The notes: a model not told the origin generated them from the sequence alone. A stretch of DNA of 64,000 nucleotides from Octopus vulgaris (GCA_951406725.2 OX597821.1:11780001-11844000), one strand, 5' to 3'. Counted from the first letter of the stretch, positions 1 through 13,463 are shown. Numbers and translations: made by a program.

Positions 1-1300
1 TAAAGATAAGTAGCAGATTAAATCTACTACGCGCGTATTCAGAACGAAAATACCGAATCAAATTCCGCAAAACATATTGTTCTACAGTGTAAAAATTTCT
101 GCCTGTTTTCTACCCTCTCCAATCCGAAAAAATGTATGGCAAAGTTGACATCGATGGGGTCTGAAGCTACAGTGCAGGGAACCGGTACAACTACAGCAAA
201 GTGATTTGCCTTTCATTTCGAAAATTCATCTAATGCACTACATATTTTCTGTTACAGATCTTACCGGGTCTATTTTCTCTTCTCATTTTCATTACATAAA
301 GTGAAATATTGCAGCGTTTGCCCTCCAATTCATACACTTTTACAGTAGTTATTGTTGTCATTAATTACTGAATAAAAGGCAACGAATAGTTTTCACTAAC
401 TAAGTTAGTGAATGGACACTTCCATTTGACATTATATATATATCCTTAATTGTTAGGGAGTGAATTTTAATGTCGTTTATAAGATCATGTTTGTTATAAA
501 ACCGCTATATAATATGTTTACCTAAAATTCCCTACTGTCGAGTTGAAACAGAGAACTTGTGAACGAGAAACTTCTGAACCAGTCGGCCATAGTGCACCAA
601 CAATGCATACACTCACGTACACAACCTTGCATATGCACACATACACACACACACACGCACGTTTATATACATATACAAAAACGTACGCAGGTACATGCAG
701 GTATATATCGAGATACTCATTAAAATTATATAGAATTTCTCGACACGTTACTTGTAAATAATTTGTACACATTATGTGAAACGAGAGCATTTGCTTTTAG
801 GATTTCTGCTTGCTGAAAATTACTCAACATGTTGATGTAGGAAAAGCTGCACTGATTAAAGGAAATTATAATTTGATAAACTGACAAACCTTTTGACAGG
901 TTTCATAGGATGACATTTTTATTCTTCTACTTCAGTATAATACTCAAATCTTAACTCCGAAAGCAATAAATATATTAACAAATGCAAAAAGAATCCCCTC
1001 AGTAGCAAATATGTCAGATAGTAATCAAAGGTGTGACTGATTCATCGAAGCTTTCAGCTATAATTTTTCACTAAAATTTAATAAACTGCAGCGAGGCCTC
1101 GAGATAATTTAAGTTTTAAATGCACACCTTTTAAGACACATTCAAGTAAGCTTTTGAGAGTTGTTTGACGATGAATCATTTCTGATAATGTAAGGAATAT
1201 AAGTGGACCGTAATAGCTACAACATTTTCCTTTCTAAGCTGTGCTCTCTAACTAAAACTGAATACTCTTACACACATGCGTTAGGCACAAAATTGTTCTA

Positions 1301-1301
<1 letters not shown>

Positions 1302-1369
<68 letters not shown>

Positions 1370-2034
1370 CACACACATTCACACACACTCACACATACAT
1401 ATATGTATATGTGTATGTATGTATATGTACGCAAATATATATATATATATATACTCAGAGAGAGAGAGAGAGAGAGATACATAAATGCATACATACATAC
1501 ATACATGCATACATGCATACATACATACATACATACATATATACATACATATATTCTTATATACATGCATACATACATACATACGTAGATACATACATAC
1601 ATACATACATACTTATATACATACATACATACATACGTAGATACATACATATATACGTACATACATACATACATACATATATACATACATATATACGTAC
1701 ATACATACATACATATATACATATATACATACATATATACATACATACATACGTAGATACATACATACATACATACATAGATAGATACATACATGCATAC
1801 ATACATACATACATACATACATACATACATACGTAGATACATACATACATACATACATATATACATGCATACATACATATATACATACATACATACATAC
1901 ATACGTAGATACATACATACATACATTCATATATACATACATACATACATACGTACATGCATACATACATACATACATACATACATACACTCATACACAC
2001 ATACATACATACATACATACGTAGATACATACAT
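1302..2034. repeat. Compound microsatellite (CA)n/(TA)n/(GA)n/(CATA)n
   Basis: Directly visible; source of the YIHT/MYVC pseudo-ORFs. Confidence 0.97.
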
Positions 2035-2478
2035 AGTAAAGCCAAACCTAATGTAGGTGCTACGGTAAGTAGTTTGCCTCATTCCTTGCCCAGATTCTTT
2101 TAATTTATCTACGACTTTTAATGGGAATTTCGAATTCCATTTTCCCACTCATCAAGTGTAGACAAAGATAGATTCTTTATCGTCGTTTCCCTACTTCAAT
2201 CCGATGCTTAATTACCAAAATCACAAAATTAAAAATATAAAACTTAAACAGCAACAATATTTTGTTCTCTGAATTTTCCTTCACTTTCTGATTTCATTTG
2301 ACTTCAGCAATTAATCAGATTGCGTCCAAAGCTCATTGAGCTATCGGGAATGCATTAAATCAGGTTGTTTTTGGAAGGTTTTATTTTGCTATTATTGTTG
2401 CGAATTATGTTGATTCTATTCGCAACCTTAATCAAATCTACACTTAAAAGTGTTCTAGAACTTTATGCAGGGAAAGAG

Positions 2479-2479
<1 letters not shown>

Positions 2480-2566
<87 letters not shown>

Positions 2567-2748
2567 ACGCACACATACACAAGGCGAGCGAGCGAGTGCG
2601 CGTGCGACAGGAAGAACGTCTGTTTGCTGATATCTAATTCAATTATCGATAATTATCTTGCTCTCTCTTACCTTTTACTTCCCCTAATCTCTCGAACTTT
2701 ATATTTCAATCAAGCTGTCAATACACACACGCACGTCCTCCCGCCATC

Positions 2749-2794
<46 letters not shown>

Positions 2795-2837
2795 CACATA
2801 TATATATGTACGCGTATGTGCATATATATATATATGC

Positions 2838-2885
<48 letters not shown>

Positions 2886-2886
2886 A

Positions 2887-2922
<36 letters not shown>

Positions 2923-2950
2923 TGTATATAATATATATTTGTGTGTGTGA
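2480..2950. repeat. (CA)n, (TA)n and (TATG)n microsatellites
   Basis: Directly visible. Confidence 0.95.
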
Positions 2951-3454
2951 ACATGTAACAAGTGAAGAGTATTTTACAAATGATGCGAGATTTCATTATT
3001 CACATGCAGTTAGTGGTCTTCAACTGTGACTTTAAGTTTTATAAATGACCAATCAGCCACTCGACCATATTGGCTTACAGTGATTAGCAGCAATCGGGAA
3101 TTGAAAATAGCGCTCCAAATAACTATGACTAACACAGTTGGGCGGGAATTTCAAATTACGAAAGAAAACACTTTTTTTTATGAGGATGAAAACTGTTTTA
3201 TAGCAAATCTTGAATTTCGGTTTGGTTGGAACTCGGCTTTCCATGTGAGCCTCTACACATCCGTGTTCTATTAGTATACATATGAATAGGTATTTCTGAA
3301 AGTTTCTTAAAAGCTGCTAGTAAATGTACTAAATTATTTTAGTAGATGCCAAAATATTACTTCAATATCAAACAAATTGTAATTTTCAAATCTTTTGTTA
3401 TCGCTTGATTACGTTGGAAGTAAACTAGATGACATTTCGAAGGTTGTGCTGACT

Positions 3455-3620
3455 GTATCAACTTTGCCTTTCATCCTTTCGGGATCGATTAAATAAGTAC
3501 CAGTTACACACTGGGGTTGATGTAATTGACTTAATCCGTGTGATGTAATTGACTTAATCCGTGTGTCCTTGTTTGTCCCCTCTGTGTTTAGCCCCTTGTG
3601 GGCAAAGAAATAGGTATTTA
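3455..3620 (+). mobile_element. SINE family A, 5'-truncated
   Basis: Matches the body of the 36526-36755 copy (actttgcctttcatcctttcggg...agccccttgtggg); contains a short internal tandem duplication tgatgtaattgacttaatccgtg. Confidence 0.85.
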
Positions 3621-3789
3621 TGCTGTGATTATAAGTTTGTACTTAAGGCTAGAACTTTATAGTCCTGTTTCACCCATACACTTATACCTGTCTTTAGAAC
3701 TTTTGTTAAATATTTGTGATTATATTGTGTACCAGTTAATTGCGTACTTGTTAGTGTAAAGACATTCGTAGTAGTAGTCGTTGAGGAAA

Positions 3790-4130
3790 CATTTAAACTA
3801 TAAATTAGTTGAAATGAAGTGAATATTCTATTTCTACATTTGGTGTTATTTGGCGCGGGCCGTTGTGTATATGATTTAGCTACTGATGATAAAACTATCA
3901 TTACCCGGTTATGTTAGATATGCGCCTGGTGTCATTATCAATAATTAGATGTATAATCGCCAGCGAGTGGTCAGAGCAGATTTATATAGTTTTTTCCGCT
4001 GCATTACGATGCATGTATGTTTCCCAGTGTTTAGGATTAATGCCATCTCACTTAAGTTTACCATCTTATGTAAATAACGCGACTGTGTTCCGGCTTGGTA
4101 TTTCTGTGAAGGATTTTCCGTTTTCCATTT
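3790..4130 (-). mobile_element. Degenerate RTE-clade LINE 3' region
   Basis: Minus strand reads LK*DGINPKHWET...KCRNRIFTS, resembling the RTE ORF C-terminus; many stops. Confidence 0.35.
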
Positions 4131-5054
4131 ATTACATTTACGCTAAATTTTGAACATTTAAATTCCCGTTTGATAAGTCTTTTAAGGATTTAAAGCCTGG
4201 TCAGGCTCATTATGAGAATATAGTGATGACGATAATGGTATTTACATCAGGCACTTAACATTAGGTTGCAAAGTTTTATGGAGATATTGGTATAAGGGAT
4301 AAAACATTTCAAGTCGGATTCATACGAAGAACGCACTCTTCATATCCCTGCTCATCTGCGTATTACCTCTGGTCAGATCTTGAAGAGTCAATGATATAAG
4401 CACCCACATCATTGGTTTTACAGAAAAGATCTTACAACGTAATTTCCTATCGACTATCAGCATTAACAAAGAATCAATTTTGAAGTATCAGTTCGTTTAT
4501 ACTTTCCGAAATTCATCGATTAATCTATAGCATTATACTGTTATTGTGTACGCATGGAATGTTTATCTCTGGAATGAAATTAAAATACACAAAAGACATT
4601 ATTCGTAAAAGAATTATCAGAGAAGTAATTTAAATTATGTTTGGCACACATCAAAACACACAGACATATGCCTCACTATATATGTTTTAGGTTGTACGTT
4701 GTGGGTCTGTACGTGTGTATTTGGCTGTGCGTAGTGTTTGCTGCACTTATACAACAGAGACAGATGTTTCCACTCTTCTGAATCACAGGAAAATTATAAC
4801 ATCTGCCAATGATATAAGAAGAAAATCAAGAAAACTGATGGTTACATAGTTCATATATATGTATATGTGTATTTATGTGCGTGAGTGTTAGATTCTGTTC
4901 TTGGACTATTTCAGACGAAAATGTAACTAGAAGCAGCAAATTTATCAGGGCTGCGGTTAAGGTTACCACCAACAGAGTTGGATACAAAAGACGAGAAAGA
5001 GTACGTAAAGAAGCATACTGAGTGACAAATAATAATAATAATAACAATAATAAT

Positions 5055-5608
5055 GCCCTGATGCAGTACCAGGCAGTGGCTCTCATGGCTTCGGATCTTA
5101 ACTGATTAGAAGTGTTATCATGTACATTGTTTTGTCTTGGTATAAAAGATGGGCTACAGCAAATATTCTGCTCAATACCACAGATTTGCTTGTGAGTTGT
5201 TTGACCTTAACACAGTTGAGCATGTCCCTTAGTGGCTGACAATATATGCATCTCTGATCACAAGCAGAAGTAGTGGGGGAGCATCATAGCCATGTGTTGA
5301 GAGGGATTCTTTGGGGCTTGAATAATTCACCTCTGGAAACATGGGTGGTTCGATCAACATCCTTAAGCAACCCTTATTCAGAGACCTTTCGAGCAGGATG
5401 GGTTACTCGACGAGATGAAAATTCTAACTGGGCCCCCACCTGCAAGGTCATGTGCTGTTTATCTTGATGAGATCACCATGTCGCGCACATATGGTTGTGA
5501 TGCATGCGCCTGGTGTACCCTTATCAGACGGGTAGTCATGATGTGTATACTGGGCTTCGTATATTTTATCCCAGTGTCACTTCGATGGCATGCACTACTC
5601 TCTCATTG
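5055..5608 (+). mobile_element. ~555-bp non-coding interspersed element inserted in (AAT)n, copy 1
   Basis: Clearly homologous to 24328-24803; both copies are flanked on both sides by AAT/GAT repeats. Confidence 0.85.
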
Positions 5609-6507
5609 AAAAATAATAATGATGATGATGATAACAGCAACAACAACAACAGTATCGGAATGACACTGCTGCATATCTTGAAGTATTAAATTTTGTCCTT
5701 TAATAAACTAAGTTCAAATGACACCGTTTTCAGCTTTTACTTTTGATCTTTTCAAAGTCATAAATAAATGTCAGTCACCTGTTTCTACCAATAATATCGG
5801 TTATAGCCGTCATCTATAATATATTCAGCTTTGTCCTTATGTAAGAAATCAATGTTATCTATTATTGAATATAGCTGTTTATCCATAGAACCTGGCGTTT
5901 GACATAGAGATAAAATCTTCACCATTACTCTGATCGAATAGTTTTTCAAAACTCATTTATCTCGTACAATGCAGACAAATAGAGTTATTGTTTGAATTTT
6001 CGTAACACAAGTTTTCAACCATTGGGTGATTATATACTTTATCGATCTCCAGATACAAGATATTAAATTGCTAGGCAATATACACGAAAGTGATTTCCGG
6101 TTATGTTCTCAAGGTCCACTGATAGATTAATAGCTAAAAGTTGTAATAAAAAAAAAATTAAACAGGAAGCAACTCTAGAATTTTGTTTCTACGCAAAGTA
6201 GAAAACTCTTTCTCAGCTTGGAGCACGGTTGCCATTTACGACTAGATAAACTGGGTTGTTAAGTGTTAAAAGTTGCTTTATTTTAAGAATTACAATGGAT
6301 CATTGATAATTTTATACGAATGGGCAGGAGTGAAAGACGGTTGTGTTTGCAGTCGGCCGGTACATATGTGAGCAGAGTAGACTGAAATGAAAGGAAATTA
6401 AATGCCTCGTTCAAAAACACACATCATCATTTGATCCAGGAATAGAACTCATGATTTTACGCTGGTGAGCCCAAGTCGTTAATCAACAGGCAAGCTGCCT
6501 TTACACT

Positions 6508-6782
6508 GTTGTTTGTTCCTTCTCGAGCCACGCCTGATTCATAGGGCCGGTTTCCTTGGCGTACAGGTTCCTCACCTTGATGGGACGCCGGTCCGTCGCA
6601 GGTGAGCTGCAAGATGCAGGAGGAAAGAGTGAGAGAATGTTGTGGCGAAAGAGTTAGCAGAAGTTCGCCATTACCTTCTGCCGGAGCCGCGTGGAGCTTA
6701 GTTGCTTCGCTCATAAATACACACATCGCCTGGTCTGAGATTCGAACCCGCGATCCCTCGACAGCGAGTCCGCTGCCTCAAC
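6508..6782 (-). mobile_element. tRNA-derived SINE family C variant
   Basis: Reverse complement resembles 46850-47154 (gcagcggactcgctgtc...ggttcgaatc head, ctgcga.ggac.ggcgtcc core); gcctttacact occurs at both 6497 and 6783. Confidence 0.75.
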
Positions 6783-7789
6783 GCCTTTACACTATGACAC
6801 TGTTTAAAGGGGAAAGTTTGTTTCATGACCAACAAAACCCAATGAACGAGTATAAACTTAACTCTCGAATAAGGTGATTTCACTACACCATCGAGTAACG
6901 AACCGTATGTGTCAAATTGATTTGAATGTGATTTCATTGTAAGATTCACCAATCAAATTGAAGCAAATTTTATCAGCCGTGTTTGTCTGCGAATATAGAT
7001 AAATTTTTGAGGACAGGTGATTTTTGAAATAAAAACAGATTTCGGTCATAATTTTTAAAGTTTTCAGATCAACTGAACTATCAAGCTAGTTGGATTCATT
7101 GGTAAGTTGTGCATTTTACGTAACACTCAAGCGGAATCAGCGTAATATAGAGTGATAATGCCTTTGGATTTGAAGTACGATCCATCTGACAATAGATGGA
7201 TCTGGTTGAAAGAAATCATCACACAACCGCAGATAAAATAATTTGTGAAGTTTTATTCTTTTAGATATTTCAAGTCAAAGTTATGTCGAAGTCCACTTCG
7301 CCATTGGCCAGGTCTGTTATCGATAGAAAAAAAAAACACTAGTTAATAAATAAGCACCAGTCTATGAAATATACGTCGGAGATGATGTCAGAGGCGGAGC
7401 TAGAAAATGGTTACAACCCAATGATCGAAAGCATCAAAAATATTAAAAGATTTTTTAAAGTATTCTAACGCAAGCTGAAATAAGAATTTGATTGAGGCTG
7501 CGCTGGTAAGATAATGGTATAATTTACACTGATATTGATGGTTTAATGACGTTCAAGTTGGTTTTTAATGTTCAAAATTAAACAATTTATGGAGAGCAGG
7601 AGTTTACAATATTAATGCTTCTAACGACAACATTTTGAATTACTGTTTGGCTCATTTTGTCAAACAGAGTTTGATTAAATTTGAGCTTTCAGTGGTTCCG
7701 TCAGTTTAATGACCGACGTGGGAGACTCTTAATGTCTTCCTATCGTCAAACATTAGACTCTGCTTTGCTGATTTCGTTCTTGCCGTTAT

Positions 7790-8178
7790 CATCGTCGTTG
7801 GCTAATGTCATTATCATGGCCATCATCAACATCACTATTATCCTCCATCTTCACCATCCACCTTCACCTCTTCTTCTTTTTTTCTTCTTATTCATGGTGA
7901 TGATGTTCATCATCATCGTCCTCCTCCTCCTCCTCCCCCCTCCCCCCTCATCATCATCATCATCATCATCATCAACAGCAGCACCAGCACTGTCAACATC
8001 CTCATCCTCCTCATCCTCCTCGTTGTCGTCGTCGTCGTCGTCGTCGTCATCATCATCATCGTCGTCGTCGTCGTCGTCGTCGCTGCCGCCGCCGCTGCCG
8101 TTGTTGTCGTCGTCGTCCTCCTCGCCGTCGTCATCATCATCATCATCCTCATCGTCGTCGTCATCAACGTCATCGTCA

Positions 8179-8222
<44 letters not shown>

Positions 8223-8265
8223 GACATCGTCATCATCGTCATCATCGTCATCATCGTCATCGTCG

Positions 8266-8309
<44 letters not shown>

Positions 8310-8335
8310 GTCTTCGTCGTCGTTGTCGTCATCTT
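7790..8335. repeat. (TCA/TCG/TCC)n trinucleotide tract
   Basis: Directly visible. Confidence 0.95.
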
Positions 8336-8784
8336 AATGCTTCTTCTAGAGAGCGCGAATACCACAACCAAGACCGTTCCTCGTGATTTCAGCAACAGCC
8401 GCGCAGGCCAGAAAATCACAACAACGATGATCACCACCATCACCACCACCGCCGACTCCTTCTCCACCATAATGACCACCGACGCAAAATGGCATCGACC
8501 ACTACTACCTCTGCAATGACTCCCAACAATATCCAACACCACTACAATTTGCACATAAGCTACAATAAAGACAGCAACTATTATCTCTGCTACGACTAGT
8601 AGCGCCATACCAATGGCTACCATCAACAAGACGATCAGCATCATGTCCATGACGACCAGCACGGCTGCGACTACTGGCAAAGATACGACCTCCGTCACGG
8701 TCACGACCACTATCCGGACTGTGATCACACATACAACGTCCACGACCACTAGAATCACCGACGCCGCACAATCGCGACTAACAC

Positions 8785-9592
<808 letters not shown>

Positions 9593-10429
9593 AATGCTGC
9601 TATTGTGAAGTACACATTTCCATGAAATTACTTACATTCTCACAGTCAAAACCACCACCACCACCACCACTGTGACCATCCTTATTTCCATTAATCATCA
9701 CACATCTACCATCACCACCACCATCACCACCCCCACCACCACCATCATTCTCCCTCTCTCCAGTTCCACCTTGCCGGTTCTCCTCTCCTTCCTCCTCTCC
9801 CCATTATTACTGTTATAAATATCATTTTCCACATTAATGATATTCTAAATGACATTACTACTAACACCATCATTAGCATCACCTCCAAAGCCCTAATGGC
9901 AATATATTCGATATCACCAACATCAGCGACGCCTCCACCTCCACCACATCATCTCCTCCACCAGTATCCTTATCACCACTTATTCCTCCAATATCACATT
10001 CAATGTCTATTTCTCCACTACTACCAACACCACCACCACCACCACCATCGCCGCCGCCGCCGCTGACACCACCACCACCACCAACAACAACAACAATGAT
10101 ATATTTTGGAGAAAGGCTACCATCCTGTAATTTGTTAGAAGTAGTAACGTCAACACTTGATTGTTACAGCCGATTAAAATAATTGAATCCCCGCTACTGG
10201 TTCTCCTTAAAGCATTTCATTCAACGAAAACTCAGTAACACGACAATAGCAATGGAAAAAAAATAATAATTTCAATCACATCGCTTTCAAGACATATCAT
10301 TCGATATACAATCATAGAATCGTCGCAGTGGAAAACTATATCACCAAATTTTCTAGCTCAATAACCGGATTTAACTGTGCCACAAAACTCACCTTCGGCT
10401 CATGTTCTCTAGCTTTAAATACTGATTTC

Positions 10430-10605
10430 AAATATTGGTAAGTCGATTACATCGACCCAGTGCTCAACTGTTACATATTTTATTGAGCAGGAAAGAATAA
10501 AAGACACAGATTCGGTATCGGTGGAATTTGAAATCAGAACGTGAAGTCGGACGAAATGCCGCCCAGCATTTGCCCAGCCATCTAAAGTTTCTGCCGGTTC
10601 GCCGT
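10430..10605 (-). mobile_element. SINE family A, degenerate
   Basis: agtcgattacatcgaccc...ggaatttgaaatcagaacgt...tttctgccggttcgccg matches the family A reverse complement. Confidence 0.7.
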
Positions 10606-11129
10606 ATTGTTTGGTTTCAAATATTTCAATACATTAGCATTGATCAAATCTCTATTAAACAGCATAAATGTTTTTGTAACTTCAATGTGCTGTTATGGAA
10701 TCACCATCCAAGTGATGGATGTCACAATTATATACAACTTTCCTGACGAAGCAAATTTCGAATAGTAATTCTTAAAGAATTTTGAGAGGTAAGCAGCACA
10801 GACTACTTTATGTCTGGCATTTTTCTGACCTTCAACAGAAAGACAGTGGTTGAAGAGACTTTTTTCAGTTTTCCTTCATGTAAGTACGTTCGCTTTAAGA
10901 TTATCAGGGAATTGCAGATGGTACCAACGGATATTTCTTTTAGTCCAATTCAGTTTTCGTTTTCTTTTTCTTGTTTTCTTAAGTGTAAGAAAAGTAGGAG
11001 TCTCTTAGCAATTAAATTACTTTTGTCCTCTAAATAAACCAACGTACAAAGATAATATGTTTTGGTGTTTGTCTCTACCATGAACAATCTAATTATCCAT
11101 GAAAGGTAAACAATTAGGCAAATGCTAAA

Positions 11130-11595
11130 TAAGTTGAACATTTGTCACAAGAAGGTCAGGAAAAAAGTCCACAACATGAACATCAACAATCTACAAGAGG
11201 AACACGTCACGGAACGCACTTCAAAAGTACTGTCACGACATTCTGTTCGAATGAAAGATGATTGCATTCCTCAAATTATTTTGTATGGCCAACAAGTAGA
11301 GCGATTCTGCGGTAAAGGAAGACACCTTCTAACGTATAAGCTGAAACAATCACTAAACCGCAACAACTTAATGTAACATTTTAGAGAAGTTATTGCTTAG
11401 GTGGCGTAAAATGTATCATGATGCATCTACACTACTTGAGTTGAAGAAACAGAACCATACATGGAACATTATGCTGTAAACAACAGACCCAGCTGTCCAA
11501 TCCCAGGCAAGATCAAAATGATCATCGTCCCCATTGTAACTTTATAACAAAATCCTAGACAAATATCTATGCTACATTCAGGAAACCATCACAAC
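11130..11595 (+). mobile_element. Degenerate RTE-clade LINE 3' fragment
   Basis: RHSVRMKDDCIPQIILYGQ...GRHLLTYKLKQSL resembles the RTE motif GHVxRMxDxRIPKxxLYGEL...GRPxLRYKD; a decayed CxxC follows near 11525. Confidence 0.65.
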
Positions 11596-11701
11596 TAGAT
11601 GGAGATTTTTTTCTGTAATCCTTTCTTTCATTTTCACTAATACATCTTCATTATCTTCATAATTTTATTTATATACTTGTTATCTCCCCTACTTTATATA
11701 T

Positions 11702-11758
<57 letters not shown>

Positions 11759-11965
11759 GTGAAATAGAAAGATGAATAATCTTGTAGTAGATTAATCAAA
11801 AGTTTAACCGATACCTTAGTAGCAAAAATCACAGCAGTAAAACAGCACGGTTGGAGGTACAACCATATGGTGTTGCAACCGTGCGTTGGTGCGGATAATT
11901 GAAATTAGAACATTATTGGTGAATTGAAGAAATGGAGCTGAACGCAGATTGAACAGAAATCGTTT

Positions 11966-12059
11966 TATTTCATTCTACACGTGTTTCGAAAGGCACAAAT
12001 TACCAAAATCCGATGGAATAATGGGACCATATTGTATCTTTCTCTTCAGGAAGAAAATA
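11966..12059 (-). ncRNA. Type I hammerhead ribozyme, intact core
   Basis: Minus strand: TATTTTCTTC-CTGAAGA-GAAAGATACAA...TTGTGCCTTTC-GAAAC-ACGT-GTA-GAATGAAATA; ~10-bp stem I, 11-bp stem II with G10.1-C11.1, palindromic stem III ACACGTGT, GUA cleavage triplet. Confidence 0.85.
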
Positions 12060-12210
12060 GGAAATCCGTTGGAAAAACAAAAACAGAACAGAGGCGGAGC
12101 AAAAACAAATCGAACTATGCTCCTAAGAGCCCGCCATGGGCTCTTAGGAGCATAGTTCGATTTGTTTTTGCTCCGCCTCTGTTCTGTTTTTGTTTTTCCA
12201 ACGGATTTCC

Positions 12211-12303
12211 TATTTTCTTCCTGAAGAAAAGACACAATATGGTCCCATTATTCCATCGGATTTTGGTAATTTGTGCCTTTCGAAACACGTGTAGAATGAA
12301 ATA
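12211..12303 (+). ncRNA. Type I hammerhead ribozyme, G10.1 deleted
   Basis: CTGAAGA 12221-12227, GAAAC 12282-12286, GTA 12291-12293; lacks the G that follows the core in the minus-strand copy. Confidence 0.75.
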
Positions 12304-12350
12304 AAACGATTTCTGTTCAATCTGCGTTCAGCTCCATTTCTTCAATTCAC

Positions 12351-12419
<69 letters not shown>

Positions 12420-12438
12420 TTGTTATCTCCCCTACTTT

Positions 12439-12643
12439 CCTTCTCGTGTGTAACCTTGCTGTCCGACGCCATGATAGATCGTTAGCCACTACACACATTT
12501 TCTTCTCTCCTTGTTTTTTCTGTGTCCCTTTGTGTAGAGGAGCGTACGCTCGAAACGTAAAAGACTTTTTCTATTCCTGAGCGTTATACTAACACATCTG
12601 TTTTGTACACCACCTGTCTTTGTCTTTTGTTTTTTTTCGTAAA

Positions 12644-12650
<7 letters not shown>
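12439..12650 (+). mobile_element. Short HHR-like element, copy 1 (homologue of 53436-53645)
   Basis: Shared cgccatg...gagcgta.gctcgaaacgtaaaagact...ttcctgagc...ccacctg; minimal HHR-like motif at 12524-12565. Confidence 0.75.
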
Positions 12651-12708
<58 letters not shown>

Positions 12709-12712
<4 letters not shown>

Positions 12713-12906
12713 TAGATTCAGATGAATATGGTACTTAAGTTAAGGCACCAGAATTTAGTATGGTATTTTCCATACAATTTCAAAATAAGGTGATTAAAAT
12801 CAAACTAAGCAACATGGATATTCAGAGGTAATACAGTACGATCGTTTATGCGACTCCATTGGATATCCTGCATTAGCTCTGGATATCCTTGTTGCTTAAT
12901 TTGATT
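12709..12906 (-). mobile_element. (TA)n-flanked fold-back element with 3' half of an HHR
   Basis: Inverted repeat 12798-12836 / 12868-12906 (34/39 identical); minus strand reads AAAC-GATC-GTA-CTG at 12834-12847. Confidence 0.6.
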
Positions 12907-12992
12907 ATATATATATAAAAAAGTAAGGTACCACACGAGTGGAAATATATATGAAAGAAGTTTTCAAAATGCAATTTTAAAGATGTTTATTC

Positions 12993-13034
12993 ACTTGACT
13001 GGTTTCACCCTTTTAGAAAAAGTTTGTCAAAAGT
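12993..13034 (-). ncRNA. Degenerate minimal hammerhead motif
   Basis: Minus: ACTT-TTGACAA-ACTTTT..AAGGGT-GAAAC-CA-GTC-AAGT; stems I and II pair, core has C3 and G8 substitutions. Confidence 0.5.
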
Positions 13035-13463
13035 AAAATAGTAATATGTAAAGCTTTGTATGAGCTTTTTTGTTATTAAGTACTGGTTATCACAAAAGTA
13101 ATAAAAAACAGAAATATCTTCTTTGAAAATAATAAGAAAATATTAAAAACAGTTTACAAGAAAGTATTTGAGAAAGCAATCAGAACGTGACTCCAAAAAG
13201 TAGAGTTCAATAAAAATCCTGTTTGTTTGGTAGCATATATATACACAGAAGGAGATATATTTAAGAATTTACAAAAAGTTGTAGAAGAATAACTGACCTT
13301 TCTGATATTTTCTCTTGTGTGTAGCTAAGGAATGCTTGCTATCTTAAGGGACAGTGTGGGAGGTTGGCTGGGGTGGGGGCAGTGCAATGTAGAATTAAAG
13401 GGATTTTGTTTGGTTTCTGGGCTAGTCTGTCATGGTTCAGTGGTTTTTGGGACTGCTCTGAGA

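Larger units (their letters stand above)
11912..12357. repeat. Near-perfect inverted repeat, arms 221/220 bp, 5-nt spacer GCCAT
   Basis: 11912-12132 is the reverse complement of 12138-12357; only one substitution and one 1-nt indel seen. Confidence 0.97.
11696..12413. mobile_element. (TA)n-flanked palindromic HHR-bearing insertion, Penelope-like or retrozyme-like
   Basis: (TA)n + ~155 bp unique + 446-bp palindrome (11912-12357) + (TA)n; tatacttgttatctcccctacttt is duplicated at 11672-11695 and 12415-12438. Confidence 0.8.

Noticed and set aside
1252-2056. Long ORFs with MYVC/YIHT repeats (also near 22.4-23.4 kb, 30 kb, 41.6 kb)
   Set aside because: Translations of (TATG)n, (CA)n and (TA)n microsatellites
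5055-5170. GCCCTGATGCAG start resembling a hammerhead or twister core
   Set aside because: Not CUGANGA, and no matching GAAA/GUH or twister pseudoknot could be built
11949-12304. Mirror ORFs on both strands
   Set aside because: By-product of the palindrome; no protein motifs
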